This document shows, in pieces, positions 1 through 12,400 of a DNA stretch of 60,000 nt. Position numbers and translations under genes: made by a program. Numbering within the stretch: position 1 is the first letter of the stretch; every line of letters starts with the position of its first letter. Under the pieces are notes generated by a model. That model was not told the origin of the DNA. It saw nothing but the letters and a program-made list of their open reading frames with translations, and did no database searches. The stretch is from Malacoraja senta (Eukaryota), in NCBI GenBank assembly GCA_038087875.1, contig CM075994.1:5086001-5146000 (forward strand), read 5' to 3'.

Positions 1-196
1 CGGGGTCGACTCACACAGCCAGGTCTCTGGGCAGCGATTAGAGAAAAATCCTTGTTTGTCCGGCGCAGGATTTGTAAAGAGTCGAAAGCTCGTAAAGTGA
101 GATTCGGGGAACCAAGGATGCAATACAGTTCAGGCCATATGCTCGGAGCTGATCGTGCATGACTCCTACCGTAGCCGGTGAGGGGTGAATGCGCTA

Positions 197-396
197 NNNN
201 NNNNNNNNNNNNNNNNNNNNNNNNNNNNNNNNNNNNNNNNNNNNNNNNNNNNNNNNNNNNNNNNNNNNNNNNNNNNNNNNNNNNNNNNNNNNNNNNNNNN
301 NNNNNNNNNNNNNNNNNNNNNNNNNNNNNNNNNNNNNNNNNNNNNNNNNNNNNNNNNNNNNNNNNNNNNNNNNNNNNNNNNNNNNNNNNNNNNNNN
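197..396. other. assembly gap (200 N)
   Basis: Run of N from 197 to 396. Confidence 0.99.
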
Positions 397-1030
397 TTCT
401 GTTGCCCTATGAAAGTTTCCCAATCCACAGGGTTCTGGCTACTCTTCGCTGTATTATACATCTTATATTTTAGTTTTATTCTATCCCTAACGTATCTTGT
501 CAGCCACGGTTGCGTCCTACTACCCTTAGAATAGTTCTTCCTTTTTGGATTGAAATGATCCTGCGTCTTCCTGATTATGCCCAGAAATTCCTGCCATTGC
601 TTTTCCACCGTTATTGCTGCTGGGTTCCCTTTCCTGACTACCTTGGCCAGCTCCTCTATCCTCTCTTCGTAGTCCCCTCTGTTCAACTGCATCACTGCCA
701 CTTCCGGTTTAACCTTCACCTTCTCAAATTGCAGATTAAAACTAATAACATTTTGATCACTCCCTGCAAGCGGTTCCTTTACCTCGAAATATCTTATCAA
801 ATATAGTTCGTTAGACAACACTAAATTCAGAATTGCATTTTCTCTTGTCAGCTCCTTTACAAGCTGCACTCAGAGTCCATCTCGCAGGCACTCTACAAAC
901 TCTCTTTCTTGGTGTCCTGAACCAACCTGATTTTCCCATTATACCTACATATTGAAATCCCCCATCACCACAGTGGCATTACTTTTGTTACCTGCCAGTT
1001 TTAACTCCTGCTGCAACTTACACCCTAGAT
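397..1030 (-). mobile_element. CR1 LINE ORF2 fragment (APE endonuclease and linker), decayed
   Basis: Reverse complement matches the CR1 ORF2 at about 33660-34295 (CKLQQELKLA...VVMGD.N...EREFVECLRDG). Confidence 0.9.
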
Positions 1031-1138
1031 CCTTGAAGACCGAAACCGTAAATATATTATGGGGAACAAGGAAATGGCAGATGAGTTGAACAGGTACTTT
1101 GATCCGTCTTCACTAAGGAGAACACAAACAATCTCCCT

Positions 1139-1727
1139 GCTAGGGAGATGATTGAGCGTAGCGGAGGGACTGAATGGGACGCAGAGCAAGGACTTACCAA
1201 CTGGCCGCCCTCGGGGCTGTGGTGGCGTTCCGGCGGCGGTGACCCGACTTCGGAGCCTCGGAGCCTCGGAGGCTCGGCCGCGGGCCCAGTGGACTCGGCC
1301 GCGGGCCCAGTGGACGACAACCTCGGGAGGTCGCAGGTCCTAGGTTGGTGACCGTTTCTCCGGAGCTCCCGAAACAACAGCTTCGTCCGCTGGACTGGAG
1401 GGTGGCAGCTTCGGCAGCTTCGTTCGCCCCGGGCCGCGGAGTTTGAACCGGCCCGTTCGCGGAGCTTGGATTCGGCCGCGGGACTTATCATCACCCCGCG
1501 GGGTCACAACATCGGAAGCCTGGATCGCCTCAACGCAGAGGGAGAACAAGGAGGGAAGAGACAAAGACTTTATGAATTTTGCCTTCCATCACAGTGAGGA
1601 GGGCCTGATAGACTCACTGTGGTATATGTTAAATATGTGTTTATTGTGTGTTTTGTTATTTTATTCTATGTTATGACTGCAAGGCACGAAATTTCGTTCA
1701 GACTGTAAAGTCTGAATGACAATAAAG
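1139..1727 (+). mobile_element. GC-rich non-autonomous retroposon (SINE-like) with Rex1/Babar-type 3' tail
   Basis: Ends in gaaatttcgTTCAGACtgtaaaGTCTGAAtgacaataaag (terminal hairpin plus aatgacaataaa). Internal inverted repeat cacagtgag/ctcactgtg. Short direct repeat ctcggccgcgggcccagtgga x2. Confidence 0.6.
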
Positions 1728-1801
1728 GATGAAATAGCGGCACATTTCGATAGCAGTAAAAAGGATCGGTCCGATTCAGCATAGATTTACGAAGGGGAAA
1801 T

Positions 1802-4800
1802 CGTAAGATTAAACGAGAACTTACCTAAGTTTGAAGTGTAATCTTTATTTTATGATGAGTTACGTAGGTGATTACGTGAAGAACCCCGCCAGTGCGCCTG
1901 CGCGTCAATCTTCAAAGCAGCGGTGTGAAATCACAAAAAACAACAACCGAAGTAATATAGTCTCATAATAACACTATTAATACAAGAACTTCCATCTGAC
2001 CTTTATGTTAGAGGGTAGGGTCGTGGTGGGCACGTAATCATCTACGTAACTCCTCATAAAATAAAGATCAAACTTCAAACTTAGGTAAGTTCTCGTTTAA
2101 TCTTACTATTTTACTTCGGAGAATAATCAATCATGCATTCATAATAACATTTGTACCACAAATGCAGTACTTCATTTCAATAATGAAATGAATCAGATCC
2201 CCTTTAAACCAGAGGAATTTACACAGAACTTAAAATAGTTTCTGCAAACAACCCCGCATTAACAATAGGCCGATGGTAAAAATGTTGAAACATCAACTCA
2301 TTGGACCACCCGGCGGCTGCGAGGATATGGTCGACGGGGCCGTCTTTTGCCCTGACCGCCGACGTTTCTGCTGCCCTAGGCGAGTGAGACGTAAAAACAT
2401 AAGTGTTAATACCAGCAGCTGTTAAGACTTCTTTTATCCATCTGGAAATAGTCTGTATTGAAACTCTCTTGTGTGGTTTCTTGTGTGTGAAATCACACAA
2501 GAGAGTTTCCGTATTCTCAAATTCTTTGTGACCTCAATGTATTGTAATAAATATGTCTTAATACAGAGACATGGATCATTTGGATATGCTGCTAGCATAA
2601 TTTTAAATCCTGTCACACCTGGCCTAATTTACTTTAGTAGGTCATAGATATAGAATGTAACCTTGTCTTCAGCTACTTCCATACTGTCTATTTGTAATTT
2701 TCCAAGTGTTTGCACTCGTTGTGCTGTCACTCGTGCCATAAGCATGAAGACTTTCATACTGAGCTTGACCAAAGGTAAAGACACACTTGATGACCATTCA
2801 CGAAGTTGTTTCAGTACCACACTTACTTCCCAGATTGTCACGTACCTAGGTTTCGGTGGTTTGGAATTAAAGATTCCTTTCATTAGTCTGGAAACAATTG
2901 GGTGTGACCCAATTGAGTTTCTTTCTGAATCCAGAACCAAATATGAGGACAATGCACTTCTGGTTGAATTAATTGCACTACAACTCAGACCTTCATCATA
3001 ATAAAGTTTTGTCAGAAATTCTAAACATTTGAAATATCTGCAGTACTTTATTGCACATTCTTTTGTACACAGAACTCTTCCCATTTCTTAATATAAGAAA
3101 GGTACTGTTTTTTGGTGCTCTTCCTCCAGGCTGCCGTAAGCATGTCCACAGTATGCTCAGACAGTCCTCGTCCCAGAAAAGGCATTCTTAAAACCTGCAA
3201 ATCAACAAATCCAAACGATCATATAATGGATGTTGTTCCCCTGTACAGGGTGCAACAATAGATTACTCTTTTTTGGGACTTTCATCAACATTTGTGTTGT
3301 TAATTCTAATATCAACGGATACCATGGCTGTGTAGGCCAATCTGGTACTAACAATACCCTTCAAGCTGCATCTTGCCTGATTTTAAACAAACATTGGCTT
3401 ATGAGACAGAAAGGTGGAAATATATATGAAAACATACCACCCCAATGTAGCGAGAAAGCATCAATCGCCACCGCTCCTGGATCTGGTTTTCATGAGACAT
3501 ATCTCGATAGCTGATGATTCAAGTCGATGTCGGTCATTCCAAATCTGACTACTATATCATTGAATACCTCTTGATTCAACATCCATTCTTTATTATCATG
3601 GAACTTTTCGTGACCTGGTGTCTGCTATCGTATTCATTCTACCTTGTAGATAGATAGCTGAAATCCAAATGTTCTTTTCAATACTCCAAGACCACAAGTT
3701 GACTCAACCATTTTGTCACATGACACCGACTTAATTCCACCCATATCATTAATATAGGCAACTACTGTTGTGTTTATTAATTTGAACTTGAACCTTCCTT
3801 TTAGTTGTGTTAGAACCATAAGCTCGGAGTCCATAGAAACCTCATAAAAGCTCAAAATAGGTAATTCCCCATGTCTGTAGTAACACTAACTTTTCCTGAT
3901 TCCATCTGCCTCTGCAGCTCGATGTTAAGTCAGTTGCACCCCATCCTAGTGCACTGGCATCAGTTTGTAATATCATGGAAGGTTGTTCAATCAGCACTTT
4001 GCCTGAACTACTTGAGACATATAGAATCCACCACTGCAGATTAGAAACAGCATTTGTTGTTACTTGCATGGTTCTATAAAAATGACCAGCATTTACTCTC
4101 AGTGCCTGTTCTTTGATTCTCTGCAGCTGTTGATAATGCAATGGTCCATACTGGACTGCTGGGAATCTACTAATTGTTCCCAGTACTCGAGCCACCTGTC
4201 TGATTAGAGGTTTTTGCTCGTTTAACAGATTATGCAATCTTTAATCAACTCCACCCTGTTTACGCTGGGCAAAGTAATTTGCATTTGGGCTAAATTAATT
4301 GTGAACCCCAAATAATCAATCGAGGTACCTGTTTTTAACCTTGCTTTCTTTGGATGAATTTAGAAACCCCCAAACTTTCAAAAGTTTGATTTTATTAACT
4401 GCAACCGATGCTTCTTTTTACCGTTTTGTCCTACCTATCATCAGGACATCATCCAGGTATGCCATTAGTACATGCCCCTGGCTCTCAGAAACCCCAGAAT
4501 TGATTTTAACAATTTTATGAATATTCTGGGAGGGAACGTTAACATATTAGGCAGAGCTTTGAACTGCCCTAATTGGTTCATCCATGTAAATTTAAGATAC
4601 TTGATATCTTGCAAGTGAACAGACACTGAACAAAAGGATTCAGACTTGTCAAGTCTATAATAATCCTAAATACTCCATCCTTTTTTGATCGAGGGAATAT
4701 ATTTGATCCAAATTGGTGAATTTGGTAGACTAATTCTTCTATAACACCTTTTATATATAGGGTTTTGAAGCGCAACTTGAACCTCCATTACTTCGCAAAG

Positions 4801-5489
4801 TGGAGAGTTCTGCTAGGAACATGCTGTACAGGCAAATCATAATTTGGATTGAATTCAATTCGAAATCCTTGTATATTATTCAGAATTACCACATCTGAAG
4901 TAATCTTCTTCCAATGTTTATAGAAGAGACGTAATCTGCCTCCAACTTTTGGACTTAATCCAGTTAGTATGTTCCCCTGAGAACCAGGTCCACCTACCCC
5001 TTGAGTCATTTGAGTGTTCTGAGATCCCTGGATTCTCCCGGAAGCACTCCTGGAGCTACTTCCATTGACTGGGACTCCCTCCGTGCGCCGTTGGGATTTA
5101 AACTGTGTCTTTTGCCCGACAGGCGCTGACTGTGTTTTCACCAGCCCAAGGTCCACAGTCGCTAGCCTCACCGCTGGCGACTGTACCGGGGTTTAGAGGC
5201 GGTTGGTCTCTAACCGCAGACTCCCGACTTTCCCGACTTCTGTCGGCTGTGTCGCTCGCCTCTTCCCCCTGTCCGTTTTTTCAATGGCGTCTGTGGAAAA
5301 AAGCCCCATAGACCCACAGTAAACGGACCTGGAAAACCTGAAAAAAGTTTCTACTTAACTTGTAGTTGAAAAACTACAAATCCACTGGAGGAGCTCTGCT
5401 CCTCACGTCCGTTTGCGTCCGGCGTAATGACGCGCAGGCGCACTGGCGGGGTTCTTCACGTAGTCACTCATGTGACTCCGAAGTAAAAT
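1802..5489 (-). mobile_element. DIRS1-type tyrosine-recombinase retrotransposon, both termini present, gag largely deleted, ORFs decayed
   Basis: Perfect inverted repeat acgtgaagaaccccgccagtgcgcctgcgcgtca at 1874-1907 and 5428-5461. ICR at about 2030-2120 is complementary to both ends. RT/RNaseH (TDASALGWG), methylase-like and YR domains present. Confidence 0.95.
2219..3084 (-). pseudogene. DIRS tyrosine recombinase, frameshifted
   Basis: TAQRVQTL box I region, HSPRAA (HxxR), AAGWS...FQHFY, split over three ORFs. Confidence 0.9.
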
Positions 5490-5782
5490 CATTCTTGCCT
5501 AATCTTCTGGAATTTTTTGAGGATGTAACTTGGGAAATGGACAAGAGTGTTCCAGTAGATGTAGATGGACTTTCAGACAGCATTTGATAAGGTCCCACAT
5601 AGGAGATTAGTGAGCAAAGTTAGGGCACATGTTATTGGGGGTTGTGTTCTGACATGGATAAAAATTGGTTGGCTGATAGGAAACAAAGGTTAGGAATTAA
5701 CGGATCCCTTTCAGAGAGGCAGGCAGTGACTAGTGGGGTACTGCAAGTCTCGGTGCACGGACCGCAGCTATATACAATATAT

Positions 5783-6100
5783 TTTAAGTCAATACTCAAG
5801 CCAAGAGATTGTATGTGTCATGTGTCCCTGATAGGACAATGAAATTCTTGCTTTGCTTTAGCACAACAGAATATAGTAGGCATGAATACAGAAAAGATCA
5901 GTGTGTTCACATGCCATTATATAAATATATATACACACATGAATACATAAACAGATTAAGTGCAAATATACAAATCATGTACTATTAATGTTCCGGTTTG
6001 TCCGGGCCTAGTTTAATTGCCTGATGGGGGTGGGGATGGGGCTATTCCTGAGCCTGGTCGTTGCCGTCTTCATGCTCCTGTACCATCTACCTGAAGGTAG
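5783..6100 (-). mobile_element. Rex1/Babar LINE 3' fragment inserted in CR1
   Basis: Minus strand reads ctaccttcaggtagatggtacaggagc (LPSGRWYRS, the LPSGRRYRS C-terminal motif), followed by a 3' UTR shared with 36512-36710. Confidence 0.8.
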
Positions 6101-7198
6101 ATTATTGATTTGGATGTAGGGATTCAAAGTAACATCACCAAATTTGCAGATGACACAAAGCTGGGTGGCAGTGTGAACTGTGAGGTGGATGCTATGAGGA
6201 TGCGGGCTTATTTGGTTATTTGATTATCCACTTTGGTGGCAAAACAGGAAAGCAGAATATTATCTAAATTATATCAAGTTGGGAGAAGTGGACGTACAAC
6301 GCGGTCTGGGGACTCCTTGTTCATCAGTATTGAATGTAAGTATGCAGGTAAAACAGGCAGTGAAGAAAGCGAATGGCATGTTGGCCTTCATAACACGAGG
6401 AGTTGAGTATAGGAGCTAAGAGGTCGTCCTACATTTGTAGAGGGCCCCAGTGAGACCACACCTGTATTGTGTGCAGTTTTGTTCTTCAAACTTGAGGAAG
6501 GACATTCTTGCTGTTGAGGGAGTGCAGCGTTGTTTTATGAAGTTTAATTCCCGGGATGGCGGAACTGTCATTAGTGGATAGATTTCACCGGCAGGGATTT
6601 ATACTCCAGAATATTGAAGGATGAGAGGGGATCATATTAAAACATATTAGATTAATAAGGGTTTGGAGGCAGAGGCTAGAAACATGTGCCCAAATGTTGC
6701 TGGAGTTCAGAAAAAGGGAGCATAGTTTAGGAATAACAGGTAAGCCATTTCGAACGGAGATGGGCAAAAAAAATTCACACAGAGAATTGTGAGTGTATGG
6801 AATTCTCTGCCTAACATGGCAGTGTAGCCTGGTTGTCTGGATGCTTTCAAAATAGTCAGATAGAGCTTTTAGGGATAGCTGAATTAAAGGAAATGGAGAG
6901 AAGGCAGGAACGGTAAACGGACTGTAAATCAGTTCGTCGTTTGCTTTCCGCCGTACGAAGTATTTCCTTCTAGGTTGTCGTTTCCACTTGGCTCGCAGAT
7001 TCAGATCAACAATTCCGAGAAATAGTGTTTCGTGTTTTGTAGTGAACATTGATTGTGCATCGTTAAAAAACTTCAGCTCTAGCACGCGGATTTCGTGTGG
7101 TTATTTATTAATCCATTGAAAAGGGAAATTGAATCGATTCGAGAGCAAGCGTTGTTACATCCATGTGTGTGCTTGCTTACACCAGCCACGTGTAAGTG

Positions 7199-7379
<181 letters not shown>

Positions 7380-8541
7380 TTACTTGCCACTGAAAATACA
7401 GGAGTTTCATACAGGAGTCCTCCGTGTGTTAAGATTGCACAGTATGAGACTGCATTCATTTAAGTGGTGTATTAGATTTCCTGTTGGAATCGACATTGAT
7501 ACCGACTTCACGGGATCATGCCCAATAAATATATCAGAGACATTGACCGGAAAGACGGCATCTATATTATCCGAATATATAATCTGAAACCAAAAATGTG
7601 AAGATCATTGCATTAATGTCTGCTAAATGGAGATCAAACATACGATAAAATATAATACCCAAATGCAGGCAGTTAGCAGCTGCAAAATTAATTTCAGATT
7701 AATTCCATCAAGCTTCATGAAACCTTTAGTTAATTTACGGTAGTCAGTATTTCAACAATTTTAAAAAACGATGCCTTACGAATTAATTTTCGAAGATTTT
7801 CGTTCTCTGTTATCAAATCAAAAGTAAAGGAAGCATGAGTATTTTCATTTTAAACCAATATGACAAATAATATTTTCATGGTGGAAAATACAAAATATGA
7901 GGATTTTGAAGTCGGTTGTTTTAAACCCATTGAAATAGTTTGCTCATATAAGCAATCTCAAGTATGGTAAGCAACTGAAATGTTTAAATATCATTTTACC
8001 TCTTTTCAGTTGTAAAACTGAAAAGAAAAAAAGTGTGAACGATATCAATAATTCAATAAATACTTTCACGTTGTCAAGGTTTAATTCATGAATCGCGTTG
8101 ATTCGTTTATATGCATACATCCGAGATACATGGAGTTTGGTGTCGGAAGAATGGCCATGTATTTTGCTAGTATCGGAAAGATGGCTGCGGTCCTCAAACT
8201 CTGGTTGATGAGGAATCTCGGCGCATGATCAAATACTTCGGCCTTATCACGTTGTCGAAAAGGCGCCGATTCCACAATAAACAACGTGCTGATTTTGTGG
8301 ATACCTGCACCCTTGCAGAGCAGAGCCGAAGCACACACGGATTGAATGAGATTTCTTCAGAACTCTTGATTCGCACCTACATTCAACCTTCATTCCAAAA
8401 CCTTGCTGAGCCTAGAATTAAATTCGTAAGTGATCTACGGTATATCCTATCCTAATCGATGAATGGTTGAGTATTTCAATTATTGCCCACGTCAATGACA
8501 TTTAAATTCAACTTAGTTCTGTTTATTTCGTCCATTATAGT

Positions 8542-9360
8542 TGTCAAGTCTTCTAATGTTTTTGCAGATTCCCCGCTTGAAAGAGATTTGATTTATCTAC
8601 CCCGAAATGATGAACTGGATTCACTCCGACCAAACACTTCTTTTCCACCTTTTATTTTTGGCAGATTAGTCTTTAGCAGTTTTTTTTGCAGTTTTAGTCT
8701 TTACCAGGTGAAAAACCTTTAGACACAAAGGCCAAAAATATACACATTACTAACCAAATATAAATAACAGAGAATTACATGTTCTAACATTCAAACTCAT
8801 AGCAGCCATTTAAAAAAAAAAAAAATTCACATTTCATTAAATGAAAAATACAGATAATGCCCATTATTGTTACCAATTTCTTTAGCTTAATATCATATGA
8901 ATCTTTACTGTTTTTTTTAACACATTTTATCATATTTTTTAAAATGCAATTATTTAAACTAACACCACACATATTTCTAACTTTATCAATCAACACGTTA
9001 GCCAGACAAGTTTCTCAGATATTAAAGGGTTAAACAGAGTCTCTGGGGCTGCAGTCTTTGGCTCAGTTCATTTAGAGTTCAGTCCTTACCGGCTGCCAAT
9101 CGGGTCTGTAGAAAATCTGTCCTGCTTGCCTTTTCTGGCTATCACGGCAGTCTTTTTCGGACAGTTCTTTTGATTTACTGTTCACGTTTAGCCGCCCGCA
9201 AGAGTCTTCCGTCTTCTTTTTGGCTTCTGGTGCTGTGTGCCCTTTTGAAAGCCCCGGGCAGACCTCGGCAGGCTGGGGTTCCGCCCACTTTAATCACTGT
9301 CTCGTGATTTCAATTTGCCATATCTCTGCACCTGTTCTTTCATTTCAGTTTGTCTTGACA
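8542..9360 (-). repeat. BEL 3' LTR
   Basis: Termini tgtcaag...cttgaca (7-bp inverted repeat). Sense-strand AATAAA near 8651. Confidence 0.95.
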
Positions 9361-9370
9361 CCTCCCACTC
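9361..9370 (-). promoter_or_regulatory. polypurine tract of the BEL element
   Basis: Sense strand gagtgggagg directly abuts the 3' LTR TG. Confidence 0.85.
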
Positions 9371-9459
9371 GATCTTCCAATGGAACCACTTGGGAGATCG
9401 ACGCTTTAAAGTCAAACTTTGAAGTCTAGGTGTGAACTTGATCTCCTGATGCATTTCTG

Positions 9460-12400
9460 TCTTGTTCTTCTACTGGAAGTAACTCCTGTCAAAGAGATGG
9501 CCTCCCACTTTGGATCGTTTAGGGCTTTTTCCTTGGCAAGAAACCTCTTCGCTGCTCTCCAAATCCATGCGACTGTCTTGATCAGTCAAGTTAGAATGCT
9601 GAACCGCTTAACATCAACAAGGTTTTGAATAGCTGACCCTGCAGGTGGTCTCTTTTGGTTTATTGGTTCCGGTTCTTGTTTCTCTGCTTTGGCTCTTGAT
9701 AGTGCTGCAACAAAAGCTTTCTTCTGTAACTTGTTGATGTTCTCTCTGGCAGTGGCAGCCAGTTCTTTAGCTGATTTTATTGGCCACTCACTCACAGGCA
9801 ATACCAGGAACTTCGGTCCATTTTGCCACCCCGATTACTGATCAAGGTTTTGAGGGCTGGCACCACTGGTGATTACATCAGCGATGTTTTGTGGGCCAGG
9901 AATCCACCGCCAGTCCTGAATGTTGGTGCTTGTTTGAATCTCTCCAATTCGATTGGCGAAGAATGTCTGAAATCCGTAGCTTTCTCGCTGTATTGCACCA
10001 AGGATTGCTTGGCTATCCACAAGATGATACCACTTCTCCACTTGAATTCGACTGTGTAGCTCGAAATACTTCTTTAAGCGTGAGGCGAACACTGCTCCGC
10101 ACATAACAGCGTCTCCTCTGTGGTCCAAGGGAGTTAACTTAGCCTTGGATTACACAAGTCTGACAATTGGGCCATGGTCTGAATCCCATCTCAGGTACAT
10201 CACTGCCCCGTAGGTGTGCACACTTACGTCAGAAAAGGTGATCCCCAAGGGTTCAGTTGCGGAGCAAGAGGTAGTCAGTGCCCTGACGAACTTGACTTTT
10301 CCAAGTTGTACGTACTCTTCAAAGAGCTTAATTGCATCCTCCCTGAGTCCATCTGAGAGTGCCATGTCCCATGTGTCTGACCGAACAGCTTCCCTCTTTT
10401 GCTTCTTGGAAAGCTCTGCGTACTAAAATCGCTCTCTTTTGCTTAACAGGAGCCACTATGCCGATGGGGTCATATAGATCTGCTACCTGGCTGAGAAGCT
10501 CTCTTCTTGTTAGGGGATTTGGCGTCTGAGTTTTGATTTGCTCTTGTAGAAGGCCTTGACCAAGCCGCATCTTTTTCTTTCTCTTGGAGAAATTGATTCC
10601 CACCATAACGTGGAGCATGTCCTCTTCAACAATGTAGCCCAGACCAAGTGCCTTGTTATCATCATCATGCATTTGGTTTGGTAGGATCATGGTTTTTGTT
10701 TTGCTTTCCTTTGAAGTATCACTGTCCTCTTTCCCCCCACTTTGGCTAGACAGAACCCAAGGCTTGAGCTCAAACCCACCAGCTTTCAGGATTCGTTCCA
10801 CATTTGCTGTGATGATTCGCAACTGGTCGAGGCTGTTGTGAGATGTGAGGATGTCGTCAACATAGCTGTCTTTCTGGAGTACTTGCTGCTCATCCTTGAG
10901 GTGGGTAAAAGAAGAAAGATTAGCAGTCTCTCGCATTGCCAACTGTGCAATGCACCCCGCGGGTTTGTCTCCGATGTTCACTCTTGTGATAGCATACTCT
11001 CCCAGCTCCTCGTCCTCGGAATCTCGCCAGAGGAATCTGTGTATGTGTACTTCACGGTCCTCCAACCAGACTGAGTTATACATCTGCTTTATGTCTCCCA
11101 AACTAGCATAGATTCCGCCTCTGAATCTGAGGAGGACGGCGCGAATTTGGTTGAGGACGTCTGGACCTTTCATGAGCAAATCATTTAAGCTGACACCATT
11201 GCACTTCTGGCTGCTGTTCCACACTAGTCTCTCTGGGGTCGTGACAGAGTGGGGGTTTGGAGCAATAAGGTGACTCACATACCACACTGGTCCCTCCCAG
11301 TTTGCAATCATGTCTTTGGACAATTTGATTGCAGTCTTTCGGTCCACCGTGTCGTGCACCTGAGCAGTGTAGGCACTTTTCCATTCAGGTTCTCTGGATA
11401 GCTACCTCTCCTTCCTGAGAAATGTGGCTTCCACTGTCCTTTTACTATTTGGTAGAGAAGCTGGGTCTTCCAACCAAGGCAAGCTAGCATGCCAATGTGG
11501 GTCTTTACTGTGACGGTCTCCTGTTACGTAGGTGAGGCCTTCCCTTACCACTTCGAGCTCTCTCTCTTCAGCAAGAGTCATTTCTTTTCCGCCTGGCTGG
11601 CAGTTTCCACAGCGGCAACCCCCGCACTTTGGCTCGCATGCTGCTCCAATGCTATCCCACTTCCACCAATCCAAGAAGTCCCGATTGGCGGTTGATGTAC
11701 ATAACTTCTGTACTTTGACGGCGACCTGTCCGTTTGGTGAAAGTTCCTCTGGGACTGGGGCAGTGAGCTCCTCATAATTTAAAGCAGCTGCTCTCATTGA
11801 TCTTGCGAAGTGTGTTTTGGACATGTAGGATGACATGGTAAGCTTCTCAAACAGCTCAGGATGACAACCTCCAACAGTCTTCCCCAGTGGTCCATCCCAC
11901 AGAATGAGATCTCCATCAGTTCTAATCCTCCGAGGCGCTAGCTGACCTTCTCTATGACTTATGAGCAAATGTATCTCTTTTTGTCTCACAAGTTCCTCAA
12001 GTGGGACGTCTGGTAAGAACTTTTGCAGCTGCTGTGGTGTCACATGTTTGTGAACATCTGCAATGCTGTCCAATCCATAACAAACTAACTGGTGCGACTT
12101 GAGTGTGCCGTTGGGAGTCTTCATTCGGATCTTTAGAAGGTAGCGCCTCGTCTCTACGTGGACCTTCATCCTCCCAACTCCATGGACGATGAGCGTGATG
12201 TCTTCACTCCTAAGGTTCAGTCTACTCGCAGCCTTGTGAGGTATGTAGTTGGTATCTGAAGCCAAGTCAATTAATGTCCCAACCTTTTGTCCAGCATTTG
12301 CTACGACCTCCAGAAGCATCATAATCACTGGATGCTCTTGCAGTCCACCTTCCTTTAGGAGGCTTAGCTGATGCTTTGCAGTGTGAAGGCTCTTGATGCA

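Larger units (their letters stand above)
1033..6925 (+). mobile_element. 5'-truncated CR1 LINE in pieces 1033-1138, 1727-1801, 5490-5782, 6101-6925, interrupted by a SINE-like element, a DIRS and a Rex1 fragment
   Basis: The pieces are collinear with the CR1 at 18737-20523 (GNKEMADELN, KGKSCLTNLLEFFEDVT, KFADDTKLGG, 3' region). Confidence 0.88.

Noticed and set aside
1..196. Unassigned sequence before the gap
   Set aside because: Too short and separated by the gap; no motif recognised.
397..1138. Antisense-then-sense CR1 junction resembling a twin-priming 5' inversion
   Set aside because: The minus piece matches subfamily B (33660-34295) while the plus piece matches the 18737-type subfamily, so two independent insertions are more likely. 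The gap hides the other end.
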